From IMG/VR virus record IMGVR_UViG_3300037087_000046, positions 1-64,000 of that record: DNA of 64,000 nucleotides. One strand, given 5' to 3'. Each line of letters starts with the position of its first letter. The first letter of the stretch is position 1. This DNA is from a virus. Made by a program: the position numbers and the translations under genes. The notes below the pieces were generated by a model that worked only from the letters and a program-made list of their open reading frames with translations, did not search any database and was not told the DNA's origin. Positions 41,377 through 51,007 of this stretch are shown here, one piece after another.

Positions 41377-41979
41377 TTGAAAATAGTCCCACAAAGTATT
41401 GAGTTAATTGACATCACACCAAATGCAGTACAGAAGATTGCCAAGATTGCAAGAGTGTGTTATCAAAGTATGGGCAATGAGGAAGAGAATATTAACTTAC
41501 TCCGTAAGTTAATTGCTCGTGGTCATCTATCCCTCTTGGAACACGCCTCAGCAACATTCCGTATTATCACTGACCGGGCAATCGCAAATGAATTAACCCG
41601 CCATCGTCATGCCTCGTTTGCCCAGGAGAGCACACGGTTCTGTTCGTATGATGAATTGACAGTTATTCGGACACCAGAAGAATTACGTATTGTAGATGGT
41701 AGATATCCTGCTCCTGAATGGGTAGTTTCTATGCAGTCATGTATGAAAAGTTATAGAGACCTTCTTGCTAAGAAGGTCTCACCCCAGATAGCCCGTAGTG
41801 TACTTCCTTTGTGTCTTAAAACAGAATTGGTTATGACTGCCAACTTCCGGGAATGGAAGTATATTTTAGACTTACGCAGTAAGTCTAATTGCCATCCTCA
41901 GATGGTTGAACTTATGAAGATGATAGGTGAGGCACTCACCTATCAAGTACCGGAGGTATTCAATGATAGTCAAGGCTAA
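41377..41979 (+). CDS. thyX: FAD-dependent thymidylate synthase
   Basis: GHLSLLEH, RHRHASFAQESTR, ARSVLP, NFREW. Confidence 0.93.
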   Translation: MKIVPQSIELIDITPNAVQKIAKIARVCYQSMGNEEENINLLRKLIARGHLSLLEHASATFRIITDRAIANELTRHRHASFAQESTRFCSYDELTVIRTPEELRIVDGRYPAPEWVVSMQSCMKSYRDLLAKKVSPQIARSVLPLCLKTELVMTANFREWKYILDLRSKSNCHPQMVELMKMIGEALTYQVPEVFNDSQG

Positions 41980-42352
41980 AGACTTAAAGGTAGGAGATAG
42001 GATTGGATCACAAACTATTTTCCGTACTGACAGATTTTCTAATGATGGGTGCGTGTATGTCATATTTGAGGGTCATCAAAGAGCCACACACCATAAAGAC
42101 ACAGAGATAGCAATCCACCGTGAACCAATGATTAAGAAACGTGATGGGCCGTTTGAACCCTTCTCAAAAGAGAAGTTGAAACGTTCCATCTACAAGGCTG
42201 TTCTTGACCTACCGGAAGAAGAGTGGGATTTCAGTGGTGTGCAGAGTATTGTAGATGATGTCTGTGAATTATGCCCGAAAACAACCACGAGTCTTCGGCT
42301 ACATGTAAATGACAGGCTGCTGAGGGAGCACTATGAGAGTTATAACAAATAA
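41963..42352 (+). CDS. ATP-cone-containing small protein
   Basis: IKKRDGPFEPFSKEKLKRSIYKA. Confidence 0.6.
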   Translation: MIVKAKDLKVGDRIGSQTIFRTDRFSNDGCVYVIFEGHQRATHHKDTEIAIHREPMIKKRDGPFEPFSKEKLKRSIYKAVLDLPEEEWDFSGVQSIVDDVCELCPKTTTSLRLHVNDRLLREHYESYNK

Positions 42353-42950
42353 AGACGGGACGTGCAGCCCCCAGTGTGTTAAGAACTGCCCAAACACAGT
42401 TAAGGGAAAGCCAAATAAAAAATGTTTGGCGTATGGCACACATGGTGCCAACCTGCTGATTGTGAAAAATTTGAAAGACTTCAAGGACATGACTCTTGAA
42501 GAGAAAATGGAGAGAAACGGTGCAACTAAAAACAAAAAACGGGAAATGTGATGTAAATTGTGGTTACTTAAGTGCCCAAACTGGTTGTTATGCTGGATGG
42601 GAAGTAGGGAAAGACTGCCCTGGTGATATGACGGTTAATGACCCAACTGAACAAGTACCTGTTATTCTGACAGATGATGGGCCGATTATTTTTGAGGATA
42701 AAAACTCCGACTCAAATGAGATGAACCACCAAGAAATACCTAAAGATATAGAATCTTCTAATCCCGAACCATTTAGGTTGGTTACCCCCTATTCTGTCGG
42801 GCAATATACCGCTTTTGTCGGGCAATATACCGAGCCACCTAAAAAACGTGGTCGTAAACCAAATAAGAATTGACAAACCAACTTATAGTTTGGTCGACGT
42901 TAGTAGGTATCAAGCCCTGCCCGACCAACAATTTTGAAAGGACACACTAA

Positions 42951-43787
42951 ATGGGTTATATGCACATCAACAATTTGTACAAGGACCAAACAATCCTCCT
43001 GTTCCGTGAGTGCTACGCAATGGAGAAGGTTCATGGTACGTCGGCACATATTTACTACCATGATCGTAAAGTAACCTTCTTCTCCGGGGGTGCACCCCAC
43101 CCGGAATTTATGGCACTGTTCAACATCAATCAGTTAGAACAAGATATGTTTCTACGCTTCGGGGATATGACAGTTACCATCTATGGAGAAGCCTATGGTG
43201 GTAAGATGCAAAGTATGAAAGAGACATACGGAGACAAACTCAAGTTTGTTGCCTTTGAGGTGGAAATCAATGATAAGTTTGTTCATGTTCCTGTAGCAGA
43301 ACAAATCTGTATCGGACTTGGCTTGGACTTTGTTGACTACGCCAGAGTAGGAACAACCCTGGATGAACTGGATGCAGAACGCGATAAGCCCTCCACCATT
43401 GCCCTGAGGTTGGGACTGGGTGAGAAGCAACGTGAAGGTGTTGTTCTTCGCCCACTGGAAGAAATGACGCTGAACAATGGTGCGCGAGTTATCTGTAAAC
43501 ACAAGCGACCTGACTTCTGTGAAACAAGAACTCAACGAGAAGTGCGCGTTGAGGACATGGAAGTCCTTCGTGAAGCAACCGCTATCGCTGAGGAATGGGT
43601 AACAGCGAATCGTCTTGACCATGTTCTTGATAAACTGGGAGTATGCACTATTGAGCAAACTGGTACAGTTATCAAGGCAATGCTGGAAGATGTCATTCGT
43701 GAAGGCGCGGGTGAAATAGTTATGAGTAAGGAAGCATCAACGGCAATCAGTCATAAGACAAAACAACTTTTTCATGGGAGATTGTAA
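42951..43787 (+). CDS. RNA ligase, Rnl2-like nucleotidyltransferase
   Basis: motif I EKVHGT, YGE, FVAFE, EGVVLRP, KHKRPDF. Confidence 0.85.
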   Translation: MGYMHINNLYKDQTILLFRECYAMEKVHGTSAHIYYHDRKVTFFSGGAPHPEFMALFNINQLEQDMFLRFGDMTVTIYGEAYGGKMQSMKETYGDKLKFVAFEVEINDKFVHVPVAEQICIGLGLDFVDYARVGTTLDELDAERDKPSTIALRLGLGEKQREGVVLRPLEEMTLNNGARVICKHKRPDFCETRTQREVRVEDMEVLREATAIAEEWVTANRLDHVLDKLGVCTIEQTGTVIKAMLEDVIREGAGEIVMSKEASTAISHKTKQLFHGRL

Positions 43788-43972
43788 TGGAACAAACGTC
43801 TGGGGGTATTGGGTTGTTGGGTATGGTGTTTATCGTGTTTTTGGTACTGAAACTTTGCAACGTCATTACATGGTCATGGTGGTGGGTATGTTTGCCACTG
43901 TATGGCCCCTTGGCAATTACAATACCTATTCTGTTATTGATTGCTTTAGTGATGGTTTTTGCAAAAAAGTAG

Positions 43973-44002
43973 TTGACAAATTAGACTATAGTATGCTATT
44001 AG
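43973..44002 (+). promoter_or_regulatory. sigma70-type promoter upstream of a putative ncRNA
   Basis: TTGACAAATTAGACTATAGTATGCTAT, 23/27 identical to the promoter at 62176-62205 (-). Confidence 0.65.
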
Positions 44003-44047
44003 CCAACCAGAAGGGCTGCGAATATACTCTAACTGGTTTTAACCAAC

Positions 44048-44212
44048 GGACAGTTAGGCACCCCCTTAATGAGGTCAGCCGATAAGTAATGGATAGAATA
44101 GACTTGGGTACGGAACCTATCCATACGGGAGATGCCCCTACCAGCGGACTGTAAATCCGCCGACGAAAAACTGGAAGGAAGTTGTCAGGTGGTGCGTTAC
44201 CACTGTTCAATT
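44048..44212 (+). ncRNA. tRNA-Tyr-like structured RNA (non-canonical)
   Basis: Anticodon arm GCGGA-CTGTAAA-TCCGC (44144-60), variable-arm-like stem and T-arm-like GTGGT-GCGTT-ACCAC; no canonical D-arm or CCA. Confidence 0.45.
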
Positions 44213-44617
44213 CACATAAGGGTTACTACGAAAGTGAGAAAGTATGTCAACATTTATGGTTTATATCTGGACACGTTTGGACTACCTACAGTGGGCATCC
44301 ATTACGGTGGCTACTTTATGGGGTATTGCTGCCTTATTCATCATAATGAATTGGGGATTGGGTGATATTGATGAGGACGTTATAAAAACTTTCTATCGTA
44401 AGAACAAAAAGAAAGTTATAGGGACGTTAGTTGTACCCCTCTTTATCATATTTCTTGTCCCTGATAAAACAGATTTTGCAACCATTTATGTTGTCCCTAA
44501 AATTACCAGCCAAGAGTTTGTAACTAAAACCCTTCCTGAAATGTATGAGGTAATCAAAAAAGAAATTAAAGAGTTACAAAAATAGGGGACGGGCAACATC
44601 GGTGGGCATTTTTAATA

Positions 44618-44648
44618 ATCCGGTCAGCGTTATGCTGACCGGATATTT
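44618..44648 (+). terminator. intrinsic terminator-like hairpin
   Basis: ATCCGGTCAGC-GTTAT-GCTGACCGGAT. Confidence 0.65.
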
Positions 44649-44968
44649 GTGTCTTAGGAGGTTGGCATGTTTCTAAAAGTATGGTGGACTTTGTTTAAAC
44701 TTGAGTATTGCAACAATGTAGATTTTGAACTTGATGGAGTCGTTTATAAGGGTAATGAAATTTCTTATAAAGACTTCACGGTTAGACATATCTGGAATGA
44801 CACTATTCTGACCTACAAGGGGGTACAAATCAGAAGCCCCTACAAGATTACTGGCTGGGTGCCTTTGGCAGAACACATGCTTAAAACAATTAAGAAGAAT
44901 GGGCGGCTGCGTAAAGCAGCGTTGATTGATAAACTGAAACAAGATGAGAAATTCTTGAAGGAGACACA

Positions 44969-45307
44969 ATGGATAGACCAATAGTTTATATTGCAGGGCC
45001 TTATAGAGGTGATATAGCAGGTAACATTGCACGGGCACGTAATGCTGCCTTTATTTTGGCGGGGCATAACATCTGGTTTCATTGCCCCCATTCCCATACG
45101 GCCTTGATGGACGGCGCAGCACCCGATGAATTCTTTTTGGAACTGGATAAGCACTACTTAAAAATATGTTCCTGCATCTACCTGCTTGAGGGGTGGGGGA
45201 AATCTACTGGCACATTATCTGAGATTGCTTTAGCAAAACAAATGGGTCTACCAATATTTGAATCTATTGAGGAGGTTATAAAGTATGGAACAAGGGACAA
45301 AGTTTGA
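44969..45307 (+). CDS. nucleoside 2-deoxyribosyltransferase-like (DUF1937/DUF4406) protein
   Basis: VYIAGPY, CPH, GWGKSTG..EI..A. Confidence 0.7.
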   Translation: MDRPIVYIAGPYRGDIAGNIARARNAAFILAGHNIWFHCPHSHTALMDGAAPDEFFLELDKHYLKICSCIYLLEGWGKSTGTLSEIALAKQMGLPIFESIEEVIKYGTRDKV

Positions 45308-45575
45308 TGTTGGAAAGCCACAGTGGAATCTTCTACCGTGGAATGCAGTAAAAGAAGTTGTTGAGGTACTTACGCTGGGGGCGACTAAATATGCTCCCAA
45401 TAATTGGCAACATGTCAGACCCATTTCCCGATATAAGGATGCTGCGTTCAGACATTTTACCTCCTATTGTATGGGAGAGAAACTTGATAACGAAACAGGT
45501 AAATCCCACGTAGCCCACGCTATTGCATGTCTACTGTTTTTACTGTGGTTTGAATTGGGGGAAATAAATGATTAA
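45285..45575 (+). CDS. dATP/dGTP diphosphohydrolase domain (DUF5664-like)
   Basis: GTKFDVGKP.W.LLP, GATKY..NNW, RH, ETG.SH.AHA. Confidence 0.85.
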   Translation: MEQGTKFDVGKPQWNLLPWNAVKEVVEVLTLGATKYAPNNWQHVRPISRYKDAAFRHFTSYCMGEKLDNETGKSHVAHAIACLLFLLWFELGEIND

Positions 45576-46116
45576 GATTGGGTTTGTAGGCGGACCAAGT
45601 GCTGGGAAGACGTCCTTGAGTAGGTTATTGTCTACACAATTCATTGGGAAATATAAAACCGAACTGGTGTCGGAGTATGCGCGTGAATGGATAAACCTAC
45701 ACGGACAAACAACCAAAATGGAACACCAGTTACATTTTTTCAACCAGCAATGTCTGCGGGAGAAGTCCCTAATTACTGATAAAGTACAATACCTTATCAC
45801 CGACTCCCCCGTTCATTTGGGAATTGTATATGCCATGTTGTATAATGACAACCCCACTTTGTTAGATGGGCTACTGCAACAGGGATTTGATTATACCTAT
45901 GATTATATCTTTCATTTGCCACCAAATAAGACACCAGAGAATGATGGTACACGCCAAAATTTACAACTCACCAAAACATGGCAGGAAGAGTTTGATACCT
46001 TGGTTAGCACAGTTTTCAGTTATTTGTATAAACCAACGAAGTATGTTAAAATTACCGCTGTTGACAAAACTACACAATTGACAGAGGTTCTAAGGGAGAT
46101 CGGTTTTGGAAATTAA
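45568..46116 (+). CDS. NadR/Ttd14-type AAA (AAA_28) P-loop kinase
   Basis: GGPSAGKTS, SEYARE, ITDSP, DGTR. Confidence 0.75.
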   Translation: MIKIGFVGGPSAGKTSLSRLLSTQFIGKYKTELVSEYAREWINLHGQTTKMEHQLHFFNQQCLREKSLITDKVQYLITDSPVHLGIVYAMLYNDNPTLLDGLLQQGFDYTYDYIFHLPPNKTPENDGTRQNLQLTKTWQEEFDTLVSTVFSYLYKPTKYVKITAVDKTTQLTEVLREIGFGN

Positions 46117-49100
46117 GAAACGAGATGGGTCAGTAGTTCCGTTTAAGCAAGAGAAAATTACGTTGGCTATTTTTAAGGCAGCACAAGCATGTGGGGGGAA
46201 TGACTTCAAACGCGCAGAGGAACTCTGTGCGGAGGTTGTTAAGAGAATCAACAACTACGTTGTTGAGGACGTTCAGAACCTAATTGAGAAAGTCCTGATG
46301 GAGCGGGGGCACACTCAGACCGCACGCGCCTTTATTTTGTATCGTGAGAAACATAAACAAGCCCGTGAGAAGAATGCCCTGATTGGGGCTACCATCGGGA
46401 TGTTTAATGACTATTTGGATGACCAGGATTGGCGCATTCAGGAGAATGCTAATAGCCAAAAAAGTGTGAATGGGTTAAACAACTACGTAAGGGAAGCGTT
46501 TACTAAGAATTACTGGCTTCACGAAATCTACCCAAATGAAATTCGACAAGCGCATGAGCAAGGGGACTTCCATATCCATGACTTGGGGTTACTGGCTGGG
46601 TATTGTAGTGGGTGGGACCTACAACAATTACTTCGGGATGGATTTGGAGTAGAGGGTAAAGAACGAAGCAACCCGGCAAAGCACCTACGGTCATTCCTTG
46701 GGCAGATTCTTAACTCAACCCTAATTACTCAGGGAGAATGTTCAGGGGCACAGGCATGGACATCCTTTGATACCTTCTGCGCCCCGTTCATTCGCTATGA
46801 TAACCTAACTTACAAGCAAGTAAAGCAGTCATTGCAGGAGTTTGTTTTCAGCCTCAACCTACCCTCACGAGTTGGTTTTCAGGCAGCCTTTAGTAATGTA
46901 ACGGTTGATATTACTTGCCCAAAAAGTTTGTGTAATACAGCAGTTATCATAGGTGGGGAAATGCAGCAAGAAACTTATGGAATGTTCCAAGAAGAAATGG
47001 ATATATTCAATAAGGCTTTCTGTGAGGTTATGCTGGAGGGAGATGCAAAGGGGGCTGCCCATTCCTATCCAATCCCTACATTGAACATTACTAAGACGTT
47101 CCCGTGGGAGTCAGAGGCAGTTGAAGCCTACATGAAACTTGCGTGTAAGTATGGATCGCCATACCTATCCAATTATATAAACTCTGATAATGACCCTGAC
47201 GACGCTGTGAGTATGTGTCCGCTTGCACCTAATACTAAGGTGTTAATAAAAAATTCAAAAGATAAAATTACATCTATTGAGATAGAAAGGGCCTATAACA
47301 GAATAGGTAAGTTATATAAAACATTCCATAAGGGGGGTTGGTATGATACCTCCTTTGTAAGAGTCCCAATATCTGAGTATGTAAGAATAACCCTGATAAA
47401 TGGGCAAATAATTGAAATGGATGTGAACCATTTACAACCATCATGGAATGGGAACCCAGACTTTATTACAAATACCGTTAAAGCAGAGGAATTAAAAGAG
47501 GGGATGTGGTTACCGTTTAATGTCGATAAAATGGGAGACGAGAAAGATTCCGATTATTTGGCGGGATACGCGGTTGGGTGTTACATGGGAGATGGGTTTA
47601 TTACAAATGGGGGTGTTGTATATTGTTTATCATACACTGACAAAAAAATAAAAGCACACGATTTGTTAAAAAAGTTTTGGGAGCAATTAGGATGTACATG
47701 TTATTATCATAAAAATGGGGATAATGCTAGAAACTTGTGCATTGAAATCTGTAACCAAGCCCCAAAACAATTTATAGAGAATTTTGTTGGTGGTAGCACT
47801 TCATTAACAAAGTATCTAAAAAATACTGTTTGGAGTAAATCAAATACTTTCCATAGTGGCATTTTAGACGGGTGGTTTGCTACCGATGGTGGCTCAAAAA
47901 ATAGGTTGGAAACCTCTTCTAAATTAGCAACTGAGAGTTTTAGCACACTTTGCACTCTACTGGGGAGTACCCATAGTATTAGTGAGGGGGCTATTCCTAA
48001 GAATTATGGTTCTGTCAATAAATGTTATACATGCCGTAAAACAGACAAAGAAAAATATCCGGGGTTATACCACAAGTGGGGGGACTATAAATGGATACCA
48101 ATCAAATCAATTGACTTAAAAAGGGGGAATAGAAACTTCTACTGTGCCGTGGTTGATAGTCCCGACCATTTATTCACACTATCCAGTGGACTTATCACAC
48201 ATAACTGTAGGTTGAGACTTTCAACCAAGGAACTAAAAAAGCGTGGCGGTGGGCTGTTTGGTAGTAACCCCTTGACTGGAAGTATTGGGGTAGTAACCTT
48301 GAATCTACCACGGGCAGCAAAGGGAAGAACTCCAGATGAGTTCCTTGAACAACTAAAGAAACTAAGTAATCTTGCAAAGGACTCTTTGGAAATTAAGCGT
48401 AAGATTATTGAAGAACAATCACGTAACGGGCTGTACCCCTACTCTGCAAAATATCTGAAGGGTGTATTTGATCGCACAGGGGAGTATTGGTCTAACCACT
48501 TCAATACCATTGGGTTAGTAGGGATGAATGAAGCGTGCATTCATTTGTTTGGGGATGGTATTGCGCACCACAAGGAGTTTGCAGAGCAAACCCTTGAATA
48601 TCTACGAGACTTGCTCCTTCAGTACCAAGAGGAAACCGGGCACCAATACAACCTGGAAGCAACACCCGCTGAAGGAACTTGCTACTCACTGGCAAAGAAA
48701 GATGGTGGACAATTTGTTTACTACACAAATTCCACCAACCTGCCTGTGGATTATACAGATAACATCTTCACTGCCCTTGACCACCAAGATAAGTTGCAAT
48801 CCCTTTATACTGGAGGAACTGTACAGCACCTCTATCTTGGGGAACGTATAGAAGACCCAAAGGCTTGCGCTGAATTGATTAAGGTGATTTTTACTAAATA
48901 CAAATTACCCTACATCTCCATCACGCCAACCTTTAGCGTTTGTGAGGAGCATGGCTACTTAGTAGGTAACGTGGAACAATGCCCTAAGTGTGGTGCTGAA
49001 ACAGAAGTCTGGTCAAGAGTTACAGGCTATCTACGGCCAGTGAAAAACTATAACACCGGAAAGAAACAAGAGTTTAAAGAAAGGTTGACTTATAATGTGA

Positions 49101-49123
49101 AAGGAGGTGATACCAATGGCTAA
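46106..49123 (+). CDS. nrdD: anaerobic (class III) ribonucleoside-triphosphate reductase with ATP cone and intein
   Basis: ATP cone, HIHDL, SMC|CRL, EATPAEG, CEEHG..CPKCG, RVTGYLRP glycyl-radical motif. Confidence 0.95.
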   Translation: MEIKKRDGSVVPFKQEKITLAIFKAAQACGGNDFKRAEELCAEVVKRINNYVVEDVQNLIEKVLMERGHTQTARAFILYREKHKQAREKNALIGATIGMFNDYLDDQDWRIQENANSQKSVNGLNNYVREAFTKNYWLHEIYPNEIRQAHEQGDFHIHDLGLLAGYCSGWDLQQLLRDGFGVEGKERSNPAKHLRSFLGQILNSTLITQGECSGAQAWTSFDTFCAPFIRYDNLTYKQVKQSLQEFVFSLNLPSRVGFQAAFSNVTVDITCPKSLCNTAVIIGGEMQQETYGMFQEEMDIFNKAFCEVMLEGDAKGAAHSYPIPTLNITKTFPWESEAVEAYMKLACKYGSPYLSNYINSDNDPDDAVSMCPLAPNTKVLIKNSKDKITSIEIERAYNRIGKLYKTFHKGGWYDTSFVRVPISEYVRITLINGQIIEMDVNHLQPSWNGNPDFITNTVKAEELKEGMWLPFNVDKMGDEKDSDYLAGYAVGCYMGDGFITNGGVVYCLSYTDKKIKAHDLLKKFWEQLGCTCYYHKNGDNARNLCIEICNQAPKQFIENFVGGSTSLTKYLKNTVWSKSNTFHSGILDGWFATDGGSKNRLETSSKLATESFSTLCTLLGSTHSISEGAIPKNYGSVNKCYTCRKTDKEKYPGLYHKWGDYKWIPIKSIDLKRGNRNFYCAVVDSPDHLFTLSSGLITHNCRLRLSTKELKKRGGGLFGSNPLTGSIGVVTLNLPRAAKGRTPDEFLEQLKKLSNLAKDSLEIKRKIIEEQSRNGLYPYSAKYLKGVFDRTGEYWSNHFNTIGLVGMNEACIHLFGDGIAHHKEFAEQTLEYLRDLLLQYQEETGHQYNLEATPAEGTCYSLAKKDGGQFVYYTNSTNLPVDYTDNIFTALDHQDKLQSLYTGGTVQHLYLGERIEDPKACAELIKVIFTKYKLPYISITPTFSVCEEHGYLVGNVEQCPKCGAETEVWSRVTGYLRPVKNYNTGKKQEFKERLTYNVKGGDTNG
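47219..48205 (+). mobile_element. intein with LAGLIDADG homing endonuclease, 329 aa, Pro-initiated
   Basis: PLAPNTKV block A, NH block B, AVGCYMGDG and LDGWFATDG, FYC block F, THN|C end. Confidence 0.9.
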
Positions 49124-49162
49124 GAAGAAGACTAAGGGCACTGGCGGAGGTTGTAAGTAAAG

Positions 49163-49198
49163 AAAAGCGCATAGGACACATGTCCTATGCGCTTTTTT
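49163..49198 (+). terminator. intrinsic terminator after nrdD
   Basis: AAAAGCGCATAGGAC-ACAT-GTCCTATGCGCTTTT plus T run. Confidence 0.9.
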
Positions 49199-49199
49199 A

Positions 49200-49235
49200 T
49201 TGACAGTAAAGAGTCTAACGTGTTAGACTCTTTAT
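49200..49235 (+). promoter_or_regulatory. sigma70-type promoter with 13-bp-arm palindrome
   Basis: TTGACA-N18-TAGACT; TAAAGAGTCTAAC-GT-GTTAGACTCTTTA. Confidence 0.88.
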
Positions 49236-49255
49236 GTCTGAAAGGAGACACACAT

Positions 49256-50008
49256 ATGATTGGTTATAAGGCATTCAACAAAGATTTGACTTGTAGAGGC
49301 TTTCAGTTTTATATTGATGGGCGTTGGCATAAATTGGAAAATGACAACCCACTTGTATTGTGTGAGAATGGGTTCCACTTTTGCGAACAGCCCTCTGGAG
49401 TTTGGGCGTATTACAGTGAATCTGACACTCGTGTTTTTAAGGTGGATACAGACATTGTGTTGGAAATGCCAAGTGAAGCGGGGGCAGATTTTAAACGTGT
49501 GTGTCGTAAAATAAAATTGCTTGAGGAACTAACTCCAGGTGGCAACTGTAACACGGGCGACCGAAACACGGGCGACCAAAACACGGGCGACCAAAACACG
49601 GGCGACCAAAACACGGGCGACCAAAACACTGGCGACCGAAACACGGGAAACTCTAACACGGGAAACTATAACACGGGAAACTATAACACGGGCCACGGAA
49701 ACACTGGCGACCAAAACACTGGCCACCGAAACACTGGCGACCAAAACACGGGACACGGAAACACTGGATACGGAAATGCAACTGACAAACACACTGGTAA
49801 TTTCTGTGTAAAGCCCCCCAAGCCCATTTGGTTTGATAGGGTATTCTTTGGGGAGGAACCCCCAGCATACAAATACACTGAATTACTTAGTCTTCTGGGT
49901 CAAAATACCCCGTTTGATTATGCCGAATGGGCTTGGCTACCTAATGCCACAACAAAAAAAGTAAAGGCACTGCATGAAGCACATATCGCACGGAGGGGTG
50001 CTAAATGA
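49256..50008 (+). CDS. phage protein with GYKAF...GFHFC N-domain and (GxxNT)n pentapeptide repeats
   Basis: MIGYKAFNKDLTCRGFQF, CENGFHFC, about 16 NTG[DNH]x units. Confidence 0.8.
   Translation: MIGYKAFNKDLTCRGFQFYIDGRWHKLENDNPLVLCENGFHFCEQPSGVWAYYSESDTRVFKVDTDIVLEMPSEAGADFKRVCRKIKLLEELTPGGNCNTGDRNTGDQNTGDQNTGDQNTGDQNTGDRNTGNSNTGNYNTGNYNTGHGNTGDQNTGHRNTGDQNTGHGNTGYGNATDKHTGNFCVKPPKPIWFDRVFFGEEPPAYKYTELLSLLGQNTPFDYAEWAWLPNATTKKVKALHEAHIARRGAK
49549..49776 (+). repeat. 15-nt coding tandem repeat (AACACGGGCGACCAA-like)
   Basis: visible period-15 array. Confidence 0.9.
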
Positions 50009-50526
50009 ACACTTGGCTAAAAGTAATTAGACACTGTTGTGGAGATGAAACAGAATTTATGGTGGACTGGATTAGGGGGCTAATCCTTAACCCGGAAGAA
50101 AATCGTCCCTACCTGTATTTCTGGGGGCCTGAAGAATGTGGTAAGTCTACTATCCACTATGCAATTGGATTATTGCTGGGTATAGGACAGTATAGGAGTG
50201 TAAGTAGTATGCTAAAGAGTCCTCACCAGATAAACACATTTAGGTATTTGTTCAATACAACACTGTGTGTCGTGGAAGAGGGACATGGTGATATTGCACA
50301 ACTTACTCATTATGTCCAAGACAGCCACATCAGGCTGCACTTGGCGGGTTCAAAACCAATCAACGTGCTAAACCGCACAAACTGGATTGAGTGTAGTGAG
50401 ATTCATAACCCCCCACCGTTTGCAAAAGTGTTTACGGTAGAACCACTGGTTGAAATTATCCCACATAAAGAAATGATGCAGATGTTGGAAGAAGAGAAAG
50501 ATGCTTTTCTGGAATTTATTATTTGA
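50005..50526 (+). CDS. stand-alone SF3/D5-like NTPase module, paralog of the primase-helicase C-domain
   Basis: NPEENRPYLYFWGPEECGKS..LCVVEE..TNWIEC versus NPYEHLPYLFFYGNENTGKS..LCVVEE..THWIQC. Confidence 0.75.
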   Translation: MNTWLKVIRHCCGDETEFMVDWIRGLILNPEENRPYLYFWGPEECGKSTIHYAIGLLLGIGQYRSVSSMLKSPHQINTFRYLFNTTLCVVEEGHGDIAQLTHYVQDSHIRLHLAGSKPINVLNRTNWIECSEIHNPPPFAKVFTVEPLVEIIPHKEMMQMLEEEKDAFLEFII

Positions 50527-50553
50527 CAGTAGTCAGTGTAGCATGCTACACTG
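50523..50553 (+). promoter_or_regulatory. sigma70-type promoter with 20-bp perfect palindrome
   Basis: TTGACA-N18-TACACT; CAGTGTAGCATGCTACACTG. Confidence 0.8.
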
Positions 50554-51007
50554 TTTCTCGTAGGTCAACTCAAAGGAGACAAAACAATGTACACAGTATA
50601 CGTAAACGGAGTTGAAGTTGGCAAAGTAGAAAATATCAATATCGAAGGGGACATTGTTATTGCGGGTAATTACATGCAGTATCATTTCGCAGGAGACCCT
50701 AAATGGTATGGCAGCCTTGAAGAAGCCTGCCAACACCCTGTAGTTGGCTCAGTATTGGAATCCCGCGATATGTCAGACTATTGTGAATGCTGCCATGAGG
50801 TTACTGATTGGGTATGGTGTAAAGGTCCAAAAGGAATGCAGCGCATGTGTGACTCTTGTAGGTCTGATTGGGATGATTAGACCAACCAACATGCGCTACT
50901 CAGTGTTAGCCATGTTGGCTCTGCCACCAATACTCATAGATTCCTACGTCATGGTGGTAGCCTTCATGCAGAAATGAACCTACTTCGTAAGTATAAGTGC
51001 ATTCGTC

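Noticed and set aside
42795-42832. 17-nt direct repeat TGTCGGGCAATATACCG at 21-nt spacing
   Set aside because: Simple in-frame duplication (VGQYT twice) in a low-complexity tail.
44969-45575. Z-base (2-aminoadenine) genome pathway
   Set aside because: No PurZ-like gene is visible, and an adenine methylase is present; cannot be supported from this window.
49549-49776. AAC-rich repeats as a diversity-generating retroelement template
   Set aside because: No reverse transcriptase in the window and no second copy differing only at adenines; explained as pentapeptide-coding repeats.
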